Shown: one piece after another, positions 13,375 to 28,418 of the stretch
Position numbering within the stretch: the first letter of the stretch is position 1
How the letters are laid out: each line of letters begins with the position of its first letter
Origin: Eledone cirrhosa
Lineage: Eukaryota
Assembly: GCA_964016885.1 (NCBI GenBank)
Contig: OZ024742.1
Location: forward strand, 65,534,001 to 65,598,000
Direction: 5' to 3'
Length of the DNA: 64,000 nucleotides
Made by a program: the position numbers and the translations under genes
Notes under the pieces: generated by a model
Told to the model about the DNA's origin: nothing
Database searches by the model: none
Seen by the model: only the letters and a program-made list of their open reading frames with translations

Positions 13375-13591
13375 ATTTATATATATTTATATATATATAT
13401 ATATATATATGAGTATGTACGTATGTACATCATTATGTTACCGGTTTCAATCAATTTTAAATGTGTAAATGCATTAACCCTAACAATTCTTGATGCTGTT
13501 CATATCATAATATCATAATGATATACAGCACACAACTGGTATAGAGGCACACACGCATATATTAGCATGTATATTACTGTATGTGTATGTA

Positions 13592-13692
<101 letters not shown>

Positions 13693-14562
13693 ATGCATAT
13701 ATGTATGTATGTATATATGTATGTATACATGTATGTATGCATATATGTATGTATATATGTATGTACGTATGTACGTATGTATGTATGTATGTGTGTATGT
13801 ATGTAAAGTGAGAGTGTGTGAACAATCAAATTGCAACCAATTTCAAATTGCGGCAGTAAAATGTTGGATGCAAAAGGCAGATGGTTGGCTCAGAAGTTAT
13901 AAACACTCTATTAAAATGAAATCAAATGAACAATCGCCAGAACTGCTGCCTCCAGCTTTCGGTGGCCAAGAGAAAATGAGAAAGTGTATTTCCAGCCGAG
14001 GATTAGTGATTGGTGTTCAACATTGCGAGATAAACGTCTTCAAAACCCATCGCCAATCACCGATCATGTTTGGCTGGATATCAACTAAAGCTTAGCACTT
14101 CCAAAACTACCGATTGTTTTGTTGTTGTGGTTGTTGTGGTTGTTGTGGTTGCTGCTGTTGTTATTAGTGGTGCTGGGCGTTATGGAGCTTTTATTTTTCC
14201 CTTTTATTGTTGTTTTGTTATTGTTGGTGATATTATTATTATTACTATTATTATTATTGTTGTTGTTGTTGTTGTTGTTGCTATTATTAGTTAATTTTCT
14301 CCCCTTTAGCAAATATTCACAATTGCAAAATAATTTCAAACTTGCTGTTATTACATGATCAAGCGATATAAATATATTAGTATACGTGAATGCACGACAT
14401 TGTGTGTGTGTGTTTGTATGTGCAGGTGGGTATGTTATGTATTTCTGTGAAGATCTACTTGTGCCTGTGCATATATATATATATACAGTTTAAATAATTT
14501 ACTTTAAAGCATAAATTATCTTGCACTTTCTATATATATGTATATATATGCATATATATGTT

Positions 14563-14628
<66 letters not shown>

Positions 14629-14694
14629 CACACACACATATATATATTATAATCATATATGTATATGTATATATACATATATATATATATCTAT

Positions 14695-14792
<98 letters not shown>

Positions 14793-14797
14793 GTATG

Positions 14798-14943
<146 letters not shown>

Positions 14944-14977
14944 CGATTCTTAGATTAAACTTTAATCTGTTATTTTA

Positions 14978-15046
<69 letters not shown>

Positions 15047-15051
<5 letters not shown>

Positions 15052-15202
15052 CATTAGTCTATCTATCAACATATATATACAGATGTATACCTATGCAAGC
15101 AAATATATAGGTTTTGTCTTAGTGACTTTGTGGTTCAATGCAAGGGGATGCAGAACAATAATATGAAAGACGTAATATGAAAAACGTAATATGAAAAACG
15201 TT

Positions 15203-15210
<8 letters not shown>
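15047..15210 (-). mobile_element. Family F tail fragment
   Basis: Reverse complement of ~37980-38108; ends in small palindrome atatgaaaaacgtttttcatat. Confidence 0.6.
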
Positions 15211-15244
<34 letters not shown>

Positions 15245-15551
15245 GATAACAAGATATCGTTATAGGTAATCTAGTTAGAGGTTGTGATACTTCGTATTAT
15301 GGATAGTTTTAGCGTACGGCGTTGTTTGGCTCAACAAGAGGTTTACGTAGGTGGCGAGTTTATGATTTCACTTGTATTCCTATGTAAGTTTATCTTGGAG
15401 TAATAATATTGAAAAAGTGAAGGATAACATGGTCAACAGTACAAAAAAGGGGTTTTATTTACAGTAACAATTGTTTCACAGACTAAGTTGTCTAAAAATT
15501 GCTGAACACTTGAAGCAGTGCCACTCAATTTTAAATACGTTGTTAGCTTAA

Positions 15552-15630
<79 letters not shown>

Positions 15631-15675
15631 TATATATATTTGTAGGATATACACACGATTATATATATGGGTGTG

Positions 15676-15815
15676 TGAATCCCGGGTTCAATCGGGGGGT
15701 AACCAAAGTAAGTAAGGTACTCAACATATTAGTATATTGTAAACATCATGTTTAAAATAGAAATGGCGGCTTCTACAGGACTATGACTGTTTCATTCAAA
15801 AGAAATCATCTGAAT
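15676..15815 (-). mobile_element. Family I short element
   Basis: See 5061-5180. Confidence 0.6.
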
Positions 15816-16585
15816 TTGAAACTATATCGCCAATATAGTTATGTGATTAAACAAAAATTATTCAAATGTCAAGGTTAAATCTGGGATTAAACCGATAGTG
15901 CTCGTAGCTGCACACATTCAGTATTGCATATCGATAGTTTGCATGAACACTGTTGTTACAGTTGGTGTTTAGTCTCAGGTGAACATAGACGTATTTGTGA
16001 AAGTGCATCAGTTGCTATCATTTTCTGTTTCATCCAACACTGTACTGTTGTTGGCGTGGTTTTGGTTTTGTTGTTGTGGTTGGTGTTATTCGTTTTATGC
16101 AGTGTTTCAGCTACGACTATCGCGTTTATTTTTCAAATACAATACATGTAGGACTACATTTTAAAGGAAAATAAGGTGAAATTTGAGTTACGTTTCACTG
16201 CTATTTCTAGCAGGCTCAACCCCTACTTTGGCTGTGTACGCCAATAGTTTGTTTATATATGTCTAATACAGATTATCCCGATTTATCGTTTATTATGCTT
16301 GCTTTGCTTTAATTCGTTAATTCAATTTTGATAATCACATATACTAATTAGTGTATTTGTTTTGCTACTACACTACTTAAGGCAGTGAACTGGGAGTAAA
16401 TGTTCACTGCCCCGCGACGTTCCGTTACGCTACTCTAGATCAGCATAGTTTGGATGCTCCAAAGCAAGCTTTATAAGACCAAGGAAATAACTTACTTTTT
16501 ACACGATACAATCTAACGTTTAAATCTATTAAAAGTAAAGTTATGTGTATCTTGTACAACTAGTGGACCTGGTTGAACACATTTA

Positions 16586-16747
16586 ATTGTTTCTACTATT
16601 GGCACACGGTACTTTATTTTATCGACCCCGTAAGGATGAAAGGCAAAGTTAACCTTGGCGGGATTTGAACTCAGAATGGCAAGGGGCGTAACTCTATGCG
16701 TCAAAGCATGACGTCCGACCCTCTACCGATACTGCCATCCACCGCCC
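16586..16747 (-). mobile_element. Octopus-type tRNA-SINE
   Basis: Same family as 8550-8737; flanked by the direct repeat cctggttgaacacatttaat (TSD-like). Confidence 0.8.
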
Positions 16748-17129
16748 TGGTTGAACACATTTAATATTTGGTGATTAGTATGTCATATATCTCAAGATTG
16801 CAGTATAAATGAACAATCATATAAACTAGGAAATTTGCATTTTAATTAGTTAATGGTTAGCAAAAAAGAAATTTATATTGTTTCCTGACATGTGGAATTC
16901 ATTAAAGATAAGAATGATATTTTAATAAGTTATTTGTAGGATATACACACGATTAAATATTTAAGTGAATTTGAAGAAATAACTATTTCCAGGAATAACG
17001 TAAGGTTAGAACGTAATAACTAGTCATTGGAAAACGAATGTTTTGTAGCAACATGTTTGAAATAGGAAATACATTGTGTGTATGTGTATGTTTCTGTGTG
17101 TGTGCGTATACATTTTACAGCTTTACAGA

Positions 17130-17166
<37 letters not shown>

Positions 17167-17271
17167 TTAAGGTAAATATTGATGCAATTCCATTCAAGCA
17201 CTCAACGTACTTTTTCCACGTAGGAGTGACGGAGTATATATCGAATATATATATATATGTGTGTATATATA

Positions 17272-17319
<48 letters not shown>

Positions 17320-17361
17320 GATAAATCTACCAAGAGTTTATTTATATATATATATATATAT

Positions 17362-17490
17362 AGTGAAAACTGGAACGGGAACAAAAACAGAGAGGCAGTA
17401 CAAACAAAGGTTTACTAGTTTCACGCTCTTGAGAGTGGGGGGGGGGGGAGGGGCTCTCCGTTTTGGGCATAAGTCCTTCTTCAGGAGAAA
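17362..17490 (-). mobile_element. Family C short element with degenerate hammerhead (17455-17488)
   Basis: tctc-CTGAAGA-aggacttatgccc-AAAA-cg; homologous to 29635-29727 and 61663-61792 (gggcttatgccc-GAAA-cgtc). Confidence 0.6.
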
Positions 17491-17912
17491 AGTGGGTGGG
17501 AAGAGAGTTCTGAGGGTGTGTGGGTGAGTGGTGGAGAAACATTTAGAAAAAAGGGGGGGGTGGAAGGGGTACAAATAAAAATAAAAATAAACATAAAGAT
17601 AAACAAGTGGTGGAAGAATGTGGGGCGTGTAGGGGTGGTGGCGGGTGGAGTAGGGAGAGGGAGGCGGGGGTCCGAGCGGGGAGGGCTGAAGGTGGTGTTT
17701 GTGTATCAATATGTCATATTCTTAGAAATACAATACTTAATTACGTATGTACAACACAACCAAATGAATTGAATACGTTTAACACATGACAGGAACTACC
17801 AAATTGGAATATTTTACTAATGTACAATAATAATATTAATATGTAAATACACACACACAATCACACACATACACACACATACATATATGTATATATGTCT
17901 GTATATATATAA

Positions 17913-17943
<31 letters not shown>

Positions 17944-18264
17944 CACGCACACACACATATATATATATATAAACATAATATAACTACAGAGAGAATATAT
18001 GAAAGTTAATCATTATTAAATATCTTCTTAAATCGAATCTACTTCACCTTTTATCAAATATCTTGAATCAAAAATAGCTAAACAAATAAAAGAAAAAATA
18101 TTGCTTACGCCTTCCCTAGTGATCATTCCTTCTAATATCCATTTTGGTAATAATCCAGGGATCATACTTTCTGAAAACATCTTGGTATTTGAATATATCT
18201 TCAAGTTTTGAAGAATTCCTTTCAATGTTATAATCCAAAGTGTTTTAAATGTTATTAACGTTGT

Positions 18265-18600
18265 TGTGTCAGTGTTATAAAAGTAATTTACTTGTGTTTT
18301 GTTTATGAAACTATTTAGAAGTATTTTGTAAATTTTATAGACATAATTTAGTTGTGTTTCGTCAAGGTTTAAATATAATTTTGTAGTATTTGAAATAGTT
18401 TTAGATAATTTAGTAGTGATTTGCAAACGTAATTTTGTAATGTTCCATCTCTGTAATAAACATAATTTTGTAGTGTTTAGAACGTGTTATAAACATAATT
18501 TGGCCGTTTTTTAAAGTGTTATAAACATAATTTAGTTGTGTATCGACAGTGGTATAACAATTAGTTGTATTTCGTTATTGTTATAAAAATGTATTGATTG
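18265..18600. repeat. Degenerate ~32-bp minisatellite
   Basis: cataattt-like core at 18342, 18374, 18404, 18428, 18461, 18494, 18526. Confidence 0.55.
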
Positions 18601-19668
18601 CCATTATCGGTGTTTATCAGTGTTATGGGTATGATTTCGTTATTGTTTTAACATCTATTTGGTTAGTGTTTGAGGGTTTCTTCCACTGGTTTTGTTATAT
18701 TTGATATACCAGGGTACCGTTGTAATATATCAGCGCATTTAGTTGCTCATTTTTTGTGTTTTATCACTGCAGTGTTAATAATTGACAAAAAGAACCAACA
18801 AAAACAACAACAACAATAACAGTTATGAGTTTCTATCCCTAAAGTCCCTGGTTATCAGTTCCTGATTCATATTCTATCACCAGTACTCTGCCATCAGGCT
18901 ATATCACATCCATTTAGATGTAAACATATAACAAGTAAAGTTAGTAGTAAATAGGTAGGTGATTATACTTAAATTACTGATGTAGTTAATAGACATGTTA
19001 TATCGTAACATTTAACCAGCTGCATACAGCCATCATATCAGGGAAATGAAACCAGATAAAGGTATTGTCTTCTATGTGTAGGAATGAGCACCAGTACTAT
19101 GTGTAGGAATGCAAGTAGGTAATACAGACAGGCAGGTATCGTCCATAAAGTTATAAAGATGTACCCTAGGCCCAAATCATGTAAATGAGAAACTTATGAA
19201 CGATACAGCTGCAAATCGATTTTATGTAGACATTGAAATTAACTAGCTATAACTAGGTATCATGTTGAGGTACAGTCCACATAATTGATAACATATATCG
19301 TGGCAAGCTACAATCCAGATGGTTGTAAAAGATACCATGCACTCGCGAAATCTATCTAGTCATACACTAGAAACAAATAAATGAGATTCAATCAATCCCC
19401 CTACATACAAATGGGCAGCATATTGTTGGCGGTGACGAGATAGATGTAAAATACACCACAGTACTCAGCGGGGCTATTGTCTAACTGGCGAGTGTTAGCT
19501 TTGATTGTTTTAGTGTTGCCCATGTAGAGCTGAACGAAAAACATGTGAGTTGTCTCTGTCTCTTGTCTTCGAAAGACAATAATGCTGAACAATCATTTAT
19601 GTGTTATGATGGATCGATGAAAACATCTGTTCTTCAAGAGAGAAGTGATTAAATAAAAACACAAACAA

Positions 19669-19699
<31 letters not shown>

Positions 19700-19757
19700 T
19701 GTATGTATGTATGTATGTATGTATGTATGTATGTATGTATGTATGTATGAATGTGTG

Positions 19758-19832
<75 letters not shown>

Positions 19833-21648
19833 ATATATATATATATATATAAGAGAGAGAATAACTGACAACAACAATTATATAGGTTCTTTTTCACTTC
19901 ACACGTTCAATTAATTGACTTTGAATTCCTCAAGCTTCTTTTTCTTCTTGGCACTACTTCTCTGCTTTCTCCGCTCCCTTTTCTTTTTCTTCTCCTCTTT
20001 TTGCTTCTTTTTATTCTTCGTAGACCTTCCAGTTGAAGAACTGATGAACATATTTCGATATTTCGCTGTTCTTCAGCCATTGGGGAGAATACTTGGACAA
20101 GACATATTACACCAATATGGTAAAATCAAAAATAAAATCACTAACGATAACAACAACAAAAACAAAGTCTCTCATAAAAAGTAAACACAGTAAATAAGAT
20201 TATATGAAGATCAACATATATAGCTCAATCCTGATAGCATTGCTGTAGTGGCAGTTATTTGTGTTTTGTGTTCATGTGTGTGTGCATCTACATATACAGA
20301 GAAACAAAAAAATTCTACTAAGGATTGAACATAAAAGAATCAAATTCCTATTGTCATTGCCTCCGTCTCTCACGCTTTCCCCATCTCTCACTATGATATG
20401 CAAATGGGGGTCCACGCGCTGGCCGCCCTACGTCCCCGGTGGACAGATTGTGTACTTTTTCTTTCTTTTGCCTATATTTGAAAATATAGAGTTGTGAAGA
20501 TTTCCCAAGAAAACAACAACAATGGCGATACTTTCAAAATGAAGGTATAGAATTCAATTTCACTTTTGTAATTCATTTGCATAATTTCTTAAACACAAAA
20601 ACGAATCAAATAATCACAGAGAATAGAATGAAAAATATAGTGTAATTCCTGTGATAATTGTTGTTGTTTAAGGCCAGGCTATACCAGATTGAGTAAACAA
20701 AGTGTTAGATAAGTTTCATGAAGTGAACATTCCGTCATTTCTCCAGGATTCACAATAATTCAATAATCCTTTATTTCTTTGAAAGCATATGTGTAGATTT
20801 AAGGAAATTAAGACTGCTATTTCTTGCATGTAAAGACTCCCCGCTGTGGTATTTTTCCGACAGTTATTTCTATTGGAGATGTAATGAAAAATGTTATCTG
20901 CTTGTTGCCGATCAGGATTTTGTCATTATGTCTCGATATATGTGCACGGGCGCGTTTGTGTACAGGTGTCACTGTATCCGACTATGATTGAGAAAATGCG
21001 CCTATGTGTTTCTATATGCATGCGTTTGTGTATGTCTATGTGTGTATGTGTGTATGTGTGTATGTGTGTATGTGTGTATGTGTGTATATGTGTGTATGTG
21101 TGTATGCGAGTGTGTGTTTGTATTTTAAGGAGGTGTTGGTGTGTACAAATACAGTTGCATCCTCTCGATTGGGTGTATATTAGTTGTCGAAATGAAAATT
21201 CAATCTGATAATCTTGCTAGGATTTTGTAAGATTATATACGCACATACAAACTTACACATAAGCATACATTCATATTTACACACACACATACATACACAC
21301 ACACACGCACACACACACATTCACACACTCACGCACACAGACTCATACGCACACACACACACACACACACTCAAACACACACATACATACACATATACGT
21401 TGTCATATGCAAATATAACTTTCATACCGGCCAATCAACAAGTGCATAACAAAAAATATGATAATCCCATTATAAGCTTAGTTTAAATATACGTATCTGG
21501 TACATACATACAGAAATACATACATATATATATATACATATATACACATATATATGTATACTTACATACATACATATATACATATATACACACACACATA
21601 AATATATATATATACATATATATGTATACTTACATACATATATACATG

Positions 21649-21736
<88 letters not shown>

Positions 21737-22267
21737 TGTATACTTACATACATATATACATTCATATATATATGTGTATGTATAGTATATTTGGCAATAT
21801 ACTGTATGTTTAATTAAAAACATTTTGAAGACCATTCGCTATGAGTTTTAAAGTAGTGACTATGTCACTCACTTATTCTCGGCAAAAGCAAAGAAGAGTG
21901 ACCGACAGTCCTGTTTCTCGCTCGTTATCGTTTATCAAGACCACTCATACTTTCGCTTCTGCCGAGAGTTATAGAAGCTGGATTCTTATAGAATTCCAGT
22001 AATAGTTAAGAGCTTATATATGTATATATGTATCGATCGCGATGGGACTCAGTCCGCTGCTGTTTGAAGGCGCCGTTGTCGTCGGCGGCGGTCTCTCGTT
22101 TCGACGGGTAGACCGCCGACCGCCTCGCCAGCGTTACGATTCGCGGGGTGCCGGCATAGGACGCACTTCCCCTTCGATCTGTCGTCGCGACCCGTTCCCG
22201 TCAGGCTGGATGGCGCGCGGTGCCCGCAGGTCGCAGAGCGGCGTCCCGCCGAGAAAACGAACCTCCG

Positions 22268-22963
22268 CATATGTCAGATCACCAGTTGGTGCTACTGGTA
22301 ACATGTATCCCAGTACAAGCTGTCTCATGGTCGGGTCGTTGGCGACTAAACTGGCAACCCCACTAATGTTTCTTGGTGAGGAGGGTGACTTTGGACATCC
22401 TGCAGGACTAAAAACAAAACCTGTCAAAGGGCAAAGGAGCTCTTAAGAGTCAATGGCCATCCAAAATCACCGGGAAAGATGACCCATTAGCCTTTGTCAA
22501 GGCAGAATTCTAGGAGAAGGAAAACTCTGATATAACACCTGCAACCCTGATGGTATCCAATGATGTTGACTTGTTCTTCTTTTTGGTAAATATCATCTTG
22601 GTTAAGAGAGTGAGACTGGCTTTGTGCAGTGCCTTTGCTCACTATAAAAGCTTCACGGCACAGGCATTGCTTTATATCTGGAGATCTCTCTGCACTTGTC
22701 GTCACATGGTACCATGGGCCCAGCACTATTTGTCAATAATTGTCACAAGTGTAGTGTTTGTACCAGAGTTTTCAAGTCGCTGGGTGGACTAAAAAGTCAC
22801 ACTCCTTCAGCGCATTGGCAGGGGTTCTCCTACATGGATATAAAGTAGTGGTCGTACTCGAAAACGAGTTGGCAGCCATCATGTATGTATGTATGTATGT
22901 ATGTATGTATGTATGTATGTATGTATGTATGTATGTATGTATGTATGTATGTATGTATGTATG

Positions 22964-22965
<2 letters not shown>
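22268..22965 (+). mobile_element. Non-autonomous retroelement (probably RTE-related) with (TATG)n tail
   Basis: 5' part matches 44050-44240 (-), 3' part matches 33960-34340 (-); ends cagccatcatg(tatg)n. Confidence 0.65.
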
Positions 22966-23039
<74 letters not shown>

Positions 23040-23254
23040 CATGTATGCATGTATGTATGTATGTATGTATGTATGCATGCGCGCGCGTGTCTGTTTGTGT
23101 ATGCGTGTGTGTGAGTGTGTGCGTTTATGGTGAAGTATAACCATAATTATTTTATGTAAAAAAGACTTCAACAGGACTAGATCTGTTTCAGACAACTGCT
23201 CTAAAACGAACAGGAAAAAAACAAAAAAAAAAAAAAAACAAATCCACAATCAGG

Positions 23255-23874
23255 TTCTCAGCCCTTTTCTCCCTAACGTCAAAACTAATGTAAGGAAAAC
23301 TCTTTAGCACTTATGGGCATACATTTTCCCCTAGGACAAATACCACCAGAATTTTAACCACTATGCTACTAAAATAGATTATTTTCTCTACCAGAAATAT
23401 GAAATCTCGCCTCTTAAATAAACACCCAAACCGGTGAATCTATGGACCCTGATGTCAAAAGCTATATACATGCCTACTTGATCAACAGTGTAACACTCTA
23501 GCCGTAATATATGAGGCTGATGTCACATCTTTATATCACCACCAGAAAGAAACCTGGACATACGTGGGAATATCGGAAAGTCGGTTTAAAAACTGTTTCT
23601 TAAAACATGAAATAAATTTCAGACACTCGGACAAGAATAATACCACGAACTAGGCAAGCCAGGCATAGAAACTCAAGAGTAGGGGTAAATGGAAAATACT
23701 AAAAAAATCTTGACCCTATATATGCGGATCAAAGATTTGCAATTTATGCACGGAAGAAAGGTGCTTATTCTCAAAATCCTTTCCATCAACAAGAGTTCCC
23801 TAAACAATCAGCTGGATTTTTGTAATCACTGTCTTCATGCTGCGAAGAACCTTTTGAAGAGATGGCCCACCTAA
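23255..23874 (+). pseudogene. Decayed Naiad-like PLE linker/GIY-YIG remnant
   Basis: Frameshifted SLNVKTNV, CLLDQQCNTLAVIYEADV, TYVGISE, CGSKICNLCTEE and NHCLH motifs, collinear with the ORFs at 653-1324 and 26582-27526. Confidence 0.7.
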
Positions 23875-24964
23875 AGGCAGACGTAAAGACAGACGTAAAC
23901 AACGAGCATAACCAACAAAAGAAAATATGTATTCAAACATGTGCAGAGAAATATACTAAATACACATGGATAGATTCGTAAACCAGTATATATTATATTG
24001 TAAAATATAATTTTTGAAATTTAGTCGGCAATGGCTTGTCTGAAGAAGTGCCGTCGGTGAAAATTCGAGAGAATAACCATGCTATATTTAAAATATACTA
24101 TTTCGTATCTACTCATGCATTGACTTATTTTTTTTTTTATTGGATGTTACTCGGTGTAATCCTACATTTAAAAGCCTTAACTACAAATTTGTATAGATGA
24201 ATAAATATATAATTATAAATACTGTCTTCAAAAGTCTTCTTAAGCACGAAACACCCATCGACTTACTGGTATATCAAAATGTTCACAAAAGTTAGAAACA
24301 TGCGAAAAGGAAATTACAAAACTAAAACACCAATAAATAAATATTTAAATAAAATGGAAAAAGAGATAAAATCATAGTTAAAAAAATAAACATATACTAC
24401 TTTAGTGAAGACACCAAACAATTCATATCAACCTCCTAAATATAAACAAATAGATAGCTAGATTTAGACTAAATACAAATTGATTTCAATTTGCCTGTCG
24501 TTTGCAGAAACGAAACGAAATAGACGTGTCATGGCGTCTCTTCTTTTGTTTTATCTTTCGATGGAGATATGACGTCTTCCATTTAGGATATGTATATGCA
24601 CGTATGTATACATGCATTTTCTTATGTATGTATGTACGTATGTAGATATGTAATTATGTATGTATGTACGTATGTATGTATGCACCCAAGCACATACATA
24701 TATTCGTAAATACATACATACATTTGTAAATACGTACGTACATACATACATAATTACGTACATATGTACATACATACATACATACATACATACATACATA
24801 CACACACACATGCATATATACCTAATCTGTGTATATAGCTGTACGGATATGGGAGACACAAAGTCCTCACAGGTTTCAAAAATTACGATTTGATGAAAAT
24901 ATAATTACAAAATCATTTATGTGCGTGTGATCATACACACACACAAACAAATGTACAGTATATA

Positions 24965-25074
<110 letters not shown>

Positions 25075-25264
25075 AGATACTATTTATAGTTATGTATATA
25101 CTATACTATAAACAACTATAAACAACTATAAACAGGGAAGGTCAGTAATGTATTACTACCTTATTACCAGTAAGAGAAATAGCTCAATGTAAGAACATCA
25201 GGTGTTTTACAGAGCAGTAATATAGATTACATAAGTACCAAAGTTATGTTTGAATAATTTAATC

Positions 25265-25309
25265 GCTGACAATTGTTTCTTCCAAACTTAAGCTTGGTGT
25301 CCTCGGAGC
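25265..25309 (-). ncRNA. pLTR hammerhead (CCGAGGA core)
   Basis: gct-CCGAGGA-ca ccaagc ttaa gtttgg aa-GAAA-caattg-tc^agc; inverted copy at 28333-28381 (+). Confidence 0.7.
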
Positions 25310-26581
25310 ATTATCAATTTTTGTACATATAATTAACCTCCTATTCAACTGAAGAATCATACAGATACATTTATATTGATGTTGTGGACACCAGTTTCAT
25401 GTTTACAGGGTGGAATGGATGCGACATATATTATACGAGAATTGTACAATAATTCAAATTAAGATTAAAATTAAAATTAAAATTAAAAATTAAAATTAAA
25501 ATTAAAAGCACAGGGTGGAATACATGCGACAGATAATATAAGAGAATAGTCTAATAATTAAAGATATAGTACATGCGTTAGTCATATATAAAGGAATGGA
25601 AGAAGAAAATGTATTATGCATATATGAGTACTGTATGGCAAGGTATTAAATAAAATACAAGCACTTTAAGCGAATATGTTAGTGTATTATGGGGGATGCA
25701 ATGCGATGATATTTTCTGTATAGCTCAAATTTGTATGTGTGTAGAATATGAAAGTTACAGATTTCACGTCCATTACATATGTTAAGTTATATCTGTATTG
25801 AATGTTTGTTATACTAATGGATTGTAACTTGGTGTTATTGTATTCATATTCATGGATTATAGTTGTTCTACTGCGAGAATTTTCAACGGTTTAATATCCG
25901 GAAGTGGATATGGAATTAAGGGGAGCTAATGCGTAAGGGGAGGTAACTAGTTCAATATAATAATTAAATTCATTGTTCTAATAGACATTATATAGTGCCA
26001 CAATTGAATCCCTTATACAAAATGTTATATACTTATATTTAATTTTAAATACAGTCTACTCTCTTATAATATATTAAAGGTTTCATTAGATTGTTGTCTA
26101 CCCAATATTTGGAATAACGTATAGCTGTTTGCATGTTAAATTAGATAAATCCCTTAAGTAAATAAATTAATCCTTTATATACAATGTTATTAATTTATAC
26201 ATTTAATTATAAATGTATATATAATTCATTGTTCCATATTACATTTAAGTTAGATAAGTCCCTTATGTTAATAAATTAATCCTTTATATACAATGTTATT
26301 AATTTATACATTTAATTATAAATGTATATATAATTCATTGTTACATTTAACATTTACAGTTTATATATATTATATTATATTTCAATCACTGTATAATTAT
26401 AAGTAATCTAAAGTAATTATATTAAAAGGTGGTGACTATAAGAATATTTCTAGAGTATAATGTTAGAGATAAAAATGATTTGTGTAGAGGAAAGGGTGGA
26501 TCAAAGAGTGTGATGCAGTAGGGGAAGGCAAGTCCTTGAGGTGAAGTGCTAATGGTGGTGGTGAATTCAAATCTGACATTG

Positions 26582-27526
26582 TTATAAACTAGGTTTAAAG
26601 CTATGGAATGAGAGTCGGAAGCAGTGCTGGCATGATGCAAACACTTCCGATTTTTTATTTTGGAGGTTAAGATTCGAAAAGATTATAGTATGAGTCTCTA
26701 GGAGACAGAGGTTACACAATTTATTAGGTGGTTTATACGATGCAGCCCTAACTACTACTTCCCATTGAAGTGTATATGTTCTATTCCTAGTTTTCAGATA
26801 GTGTATGTAGCTAGATAGTGAAGTGGAGTTGGCTAGATTGTGTGTTTTGAAAGAGTGGAGGTGCGAGTTGTATCTCGTCTTGAAGCAGTTCGAAGTAGAG
26901 TCTATATATGTTTTAGAAGAGTTGTTAGTGTTGACCGTGCAGGAGTAAATGATGTCTTTGATTAAGCAGTTATTACCTAAAGCGCAAGTTCTATTTGATC
27001 TACAGTTACATTTATTTTGGATGTTATCTTGCCTGTTATTATGTTGTGTAGAAGTATGGTTGCTATGGATAGTATTAGGGCTATGATGGTTGTCGTTCCT
27101 AATGTTATTGATTTCATTAGTGTTATTATTATTATTACTAATGCTATTAGGGTTTGTAGTTATTATGTTGTTCTGAAAGTTTACCTCCTGCTGTGTTTTA
27201 ATTTGTTGGAAATAAGTATTAATCTTTCTTTTATTACTACTAGCTATGTTAGGTGTGGTAGAGTAAGAGATTTTAATGGTGTTTTTATTCATAAGATTAT
27301 GGTATTTGTGGCCAGATGGGAAGTTTTTTTCTAGGCTTGAGAAGAAAGCCTTAGGTAAGTTGGTCGAGACGTTTAGATTGAAAGGGGGGGTGAAAAATGT
27401 ATTAATTTTTCTATGTTTGTTTTTTGTAATATCTATTAAGATATTTCTGTTTATAATATTATTTTGGTGTCCCTTCGTATTAGAGTAAGGGTGGCTATTA
27501 TTCTTATTATTTTTCCTCATGGCCAT
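26582..27526 (-). pseudogene. PLE linker + GIY-YIG endonuclease
   Basis: FFTPPF, CNCR..CAL..C, IIY...YIDST..FKTRYNSH, CNLC, CQH. Confidence 0.88.
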
Positions 27527-27600
27527 ATTGTTAGAAATAATGCTGTAACTATGTGAATTTATAGGTAGGAACTCAATCCCATTTTTATGGCCTGATTTAG

Positions 27601-28195
27601 CTAATGCCTGTATTGTGAATTATTGTTAACTATGGTTTCGTTATAAGATAGATTAGAGATTCTATTAGATATTCCTTTAGTGATTGAGTTTAATATGGAT
27701 TTAGGGTGGTTAGACTTGGTATCTACATAAATTATTTTTTCGTTAGGTTTATGAAAGGGTGTATATATTTTAGAGTCTAGGTAAAGGGTAGCATCAACGA
27801 AGTTAACATTTTTAGTGTTTTTGTCTAAGGTGATACTTAAGTTGAAGTTTTTGAAAATTTTATGTAATAGTTTTCTAGTTCTTTCTATATTAAATTTTTT
27901 ATAGTCTATAAGGAGTAGTGCATCATCGCGGTATAAACCACCATTGAGGTATGGTAGGTCCTTATGTATATCATTTAGTAGATATAGGCCCATAAAATCA
28001 GTGACCTGCGCCGAGTCACTAGATCCCATAGTTATGTCAAAGTGGTTATGCGTATCCTTGCGGGTCCATAATTGATCTTCAAATGTAATTATGGACTGGG
28101 ATCTAGTCAGGTCTCTATTGTTCATGGCCATAATAAGTGCCTTATTTAATAGGATAGGGGAAATAGAGGTGTAGTATGAATTTATATCAAACTGT
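27601..28195 (-). pseudogene. PLE reverse transcriptase (5'-truncated)
   Basis: QFDINSYYTSI, FDITMGS, LYRDD, NFVDATL, SNHP. The first ~20 aa of the ORF-track entry come from the inverted pLTR. Confidence 0.88.
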
Positions 28196-28418
28196 ATAAA
28201 TTCTCGTATAATATATGTCGCATCCATTCCACCCTGTAAACATGAAACTGTTGTCCACAACACCAATATATATGTATCTGTATGATTCTCCAGTTGAATA
28301 GGAGGTTAATTATATGTACAAACATTGATAATGCTCCGAGGACTCTAAGCTTAAGTTTGTTTGTAAGAAACAATTGTCAGCGATTAAATGATTTAAACAT
28401 AACTTTGATACTTGTGTA

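Noticed and set aside
18265-18600. Repeat-spacer look resembling a CRISPR array
   Set aside because: Repeats are degenerate, linkers are under 10 nt, there are no cas genes and the context is eukaryotic
20515-20550. aacaacaATGGCG...aag|gtatag as a first coding exon
   Set aside because: That frame stops after six codons and no downstream exons are identifiable
26138-26352. ~110-bp tandem duplication
   Set aside because: Simple local duplication in the AT-rich PLE 3' UTR
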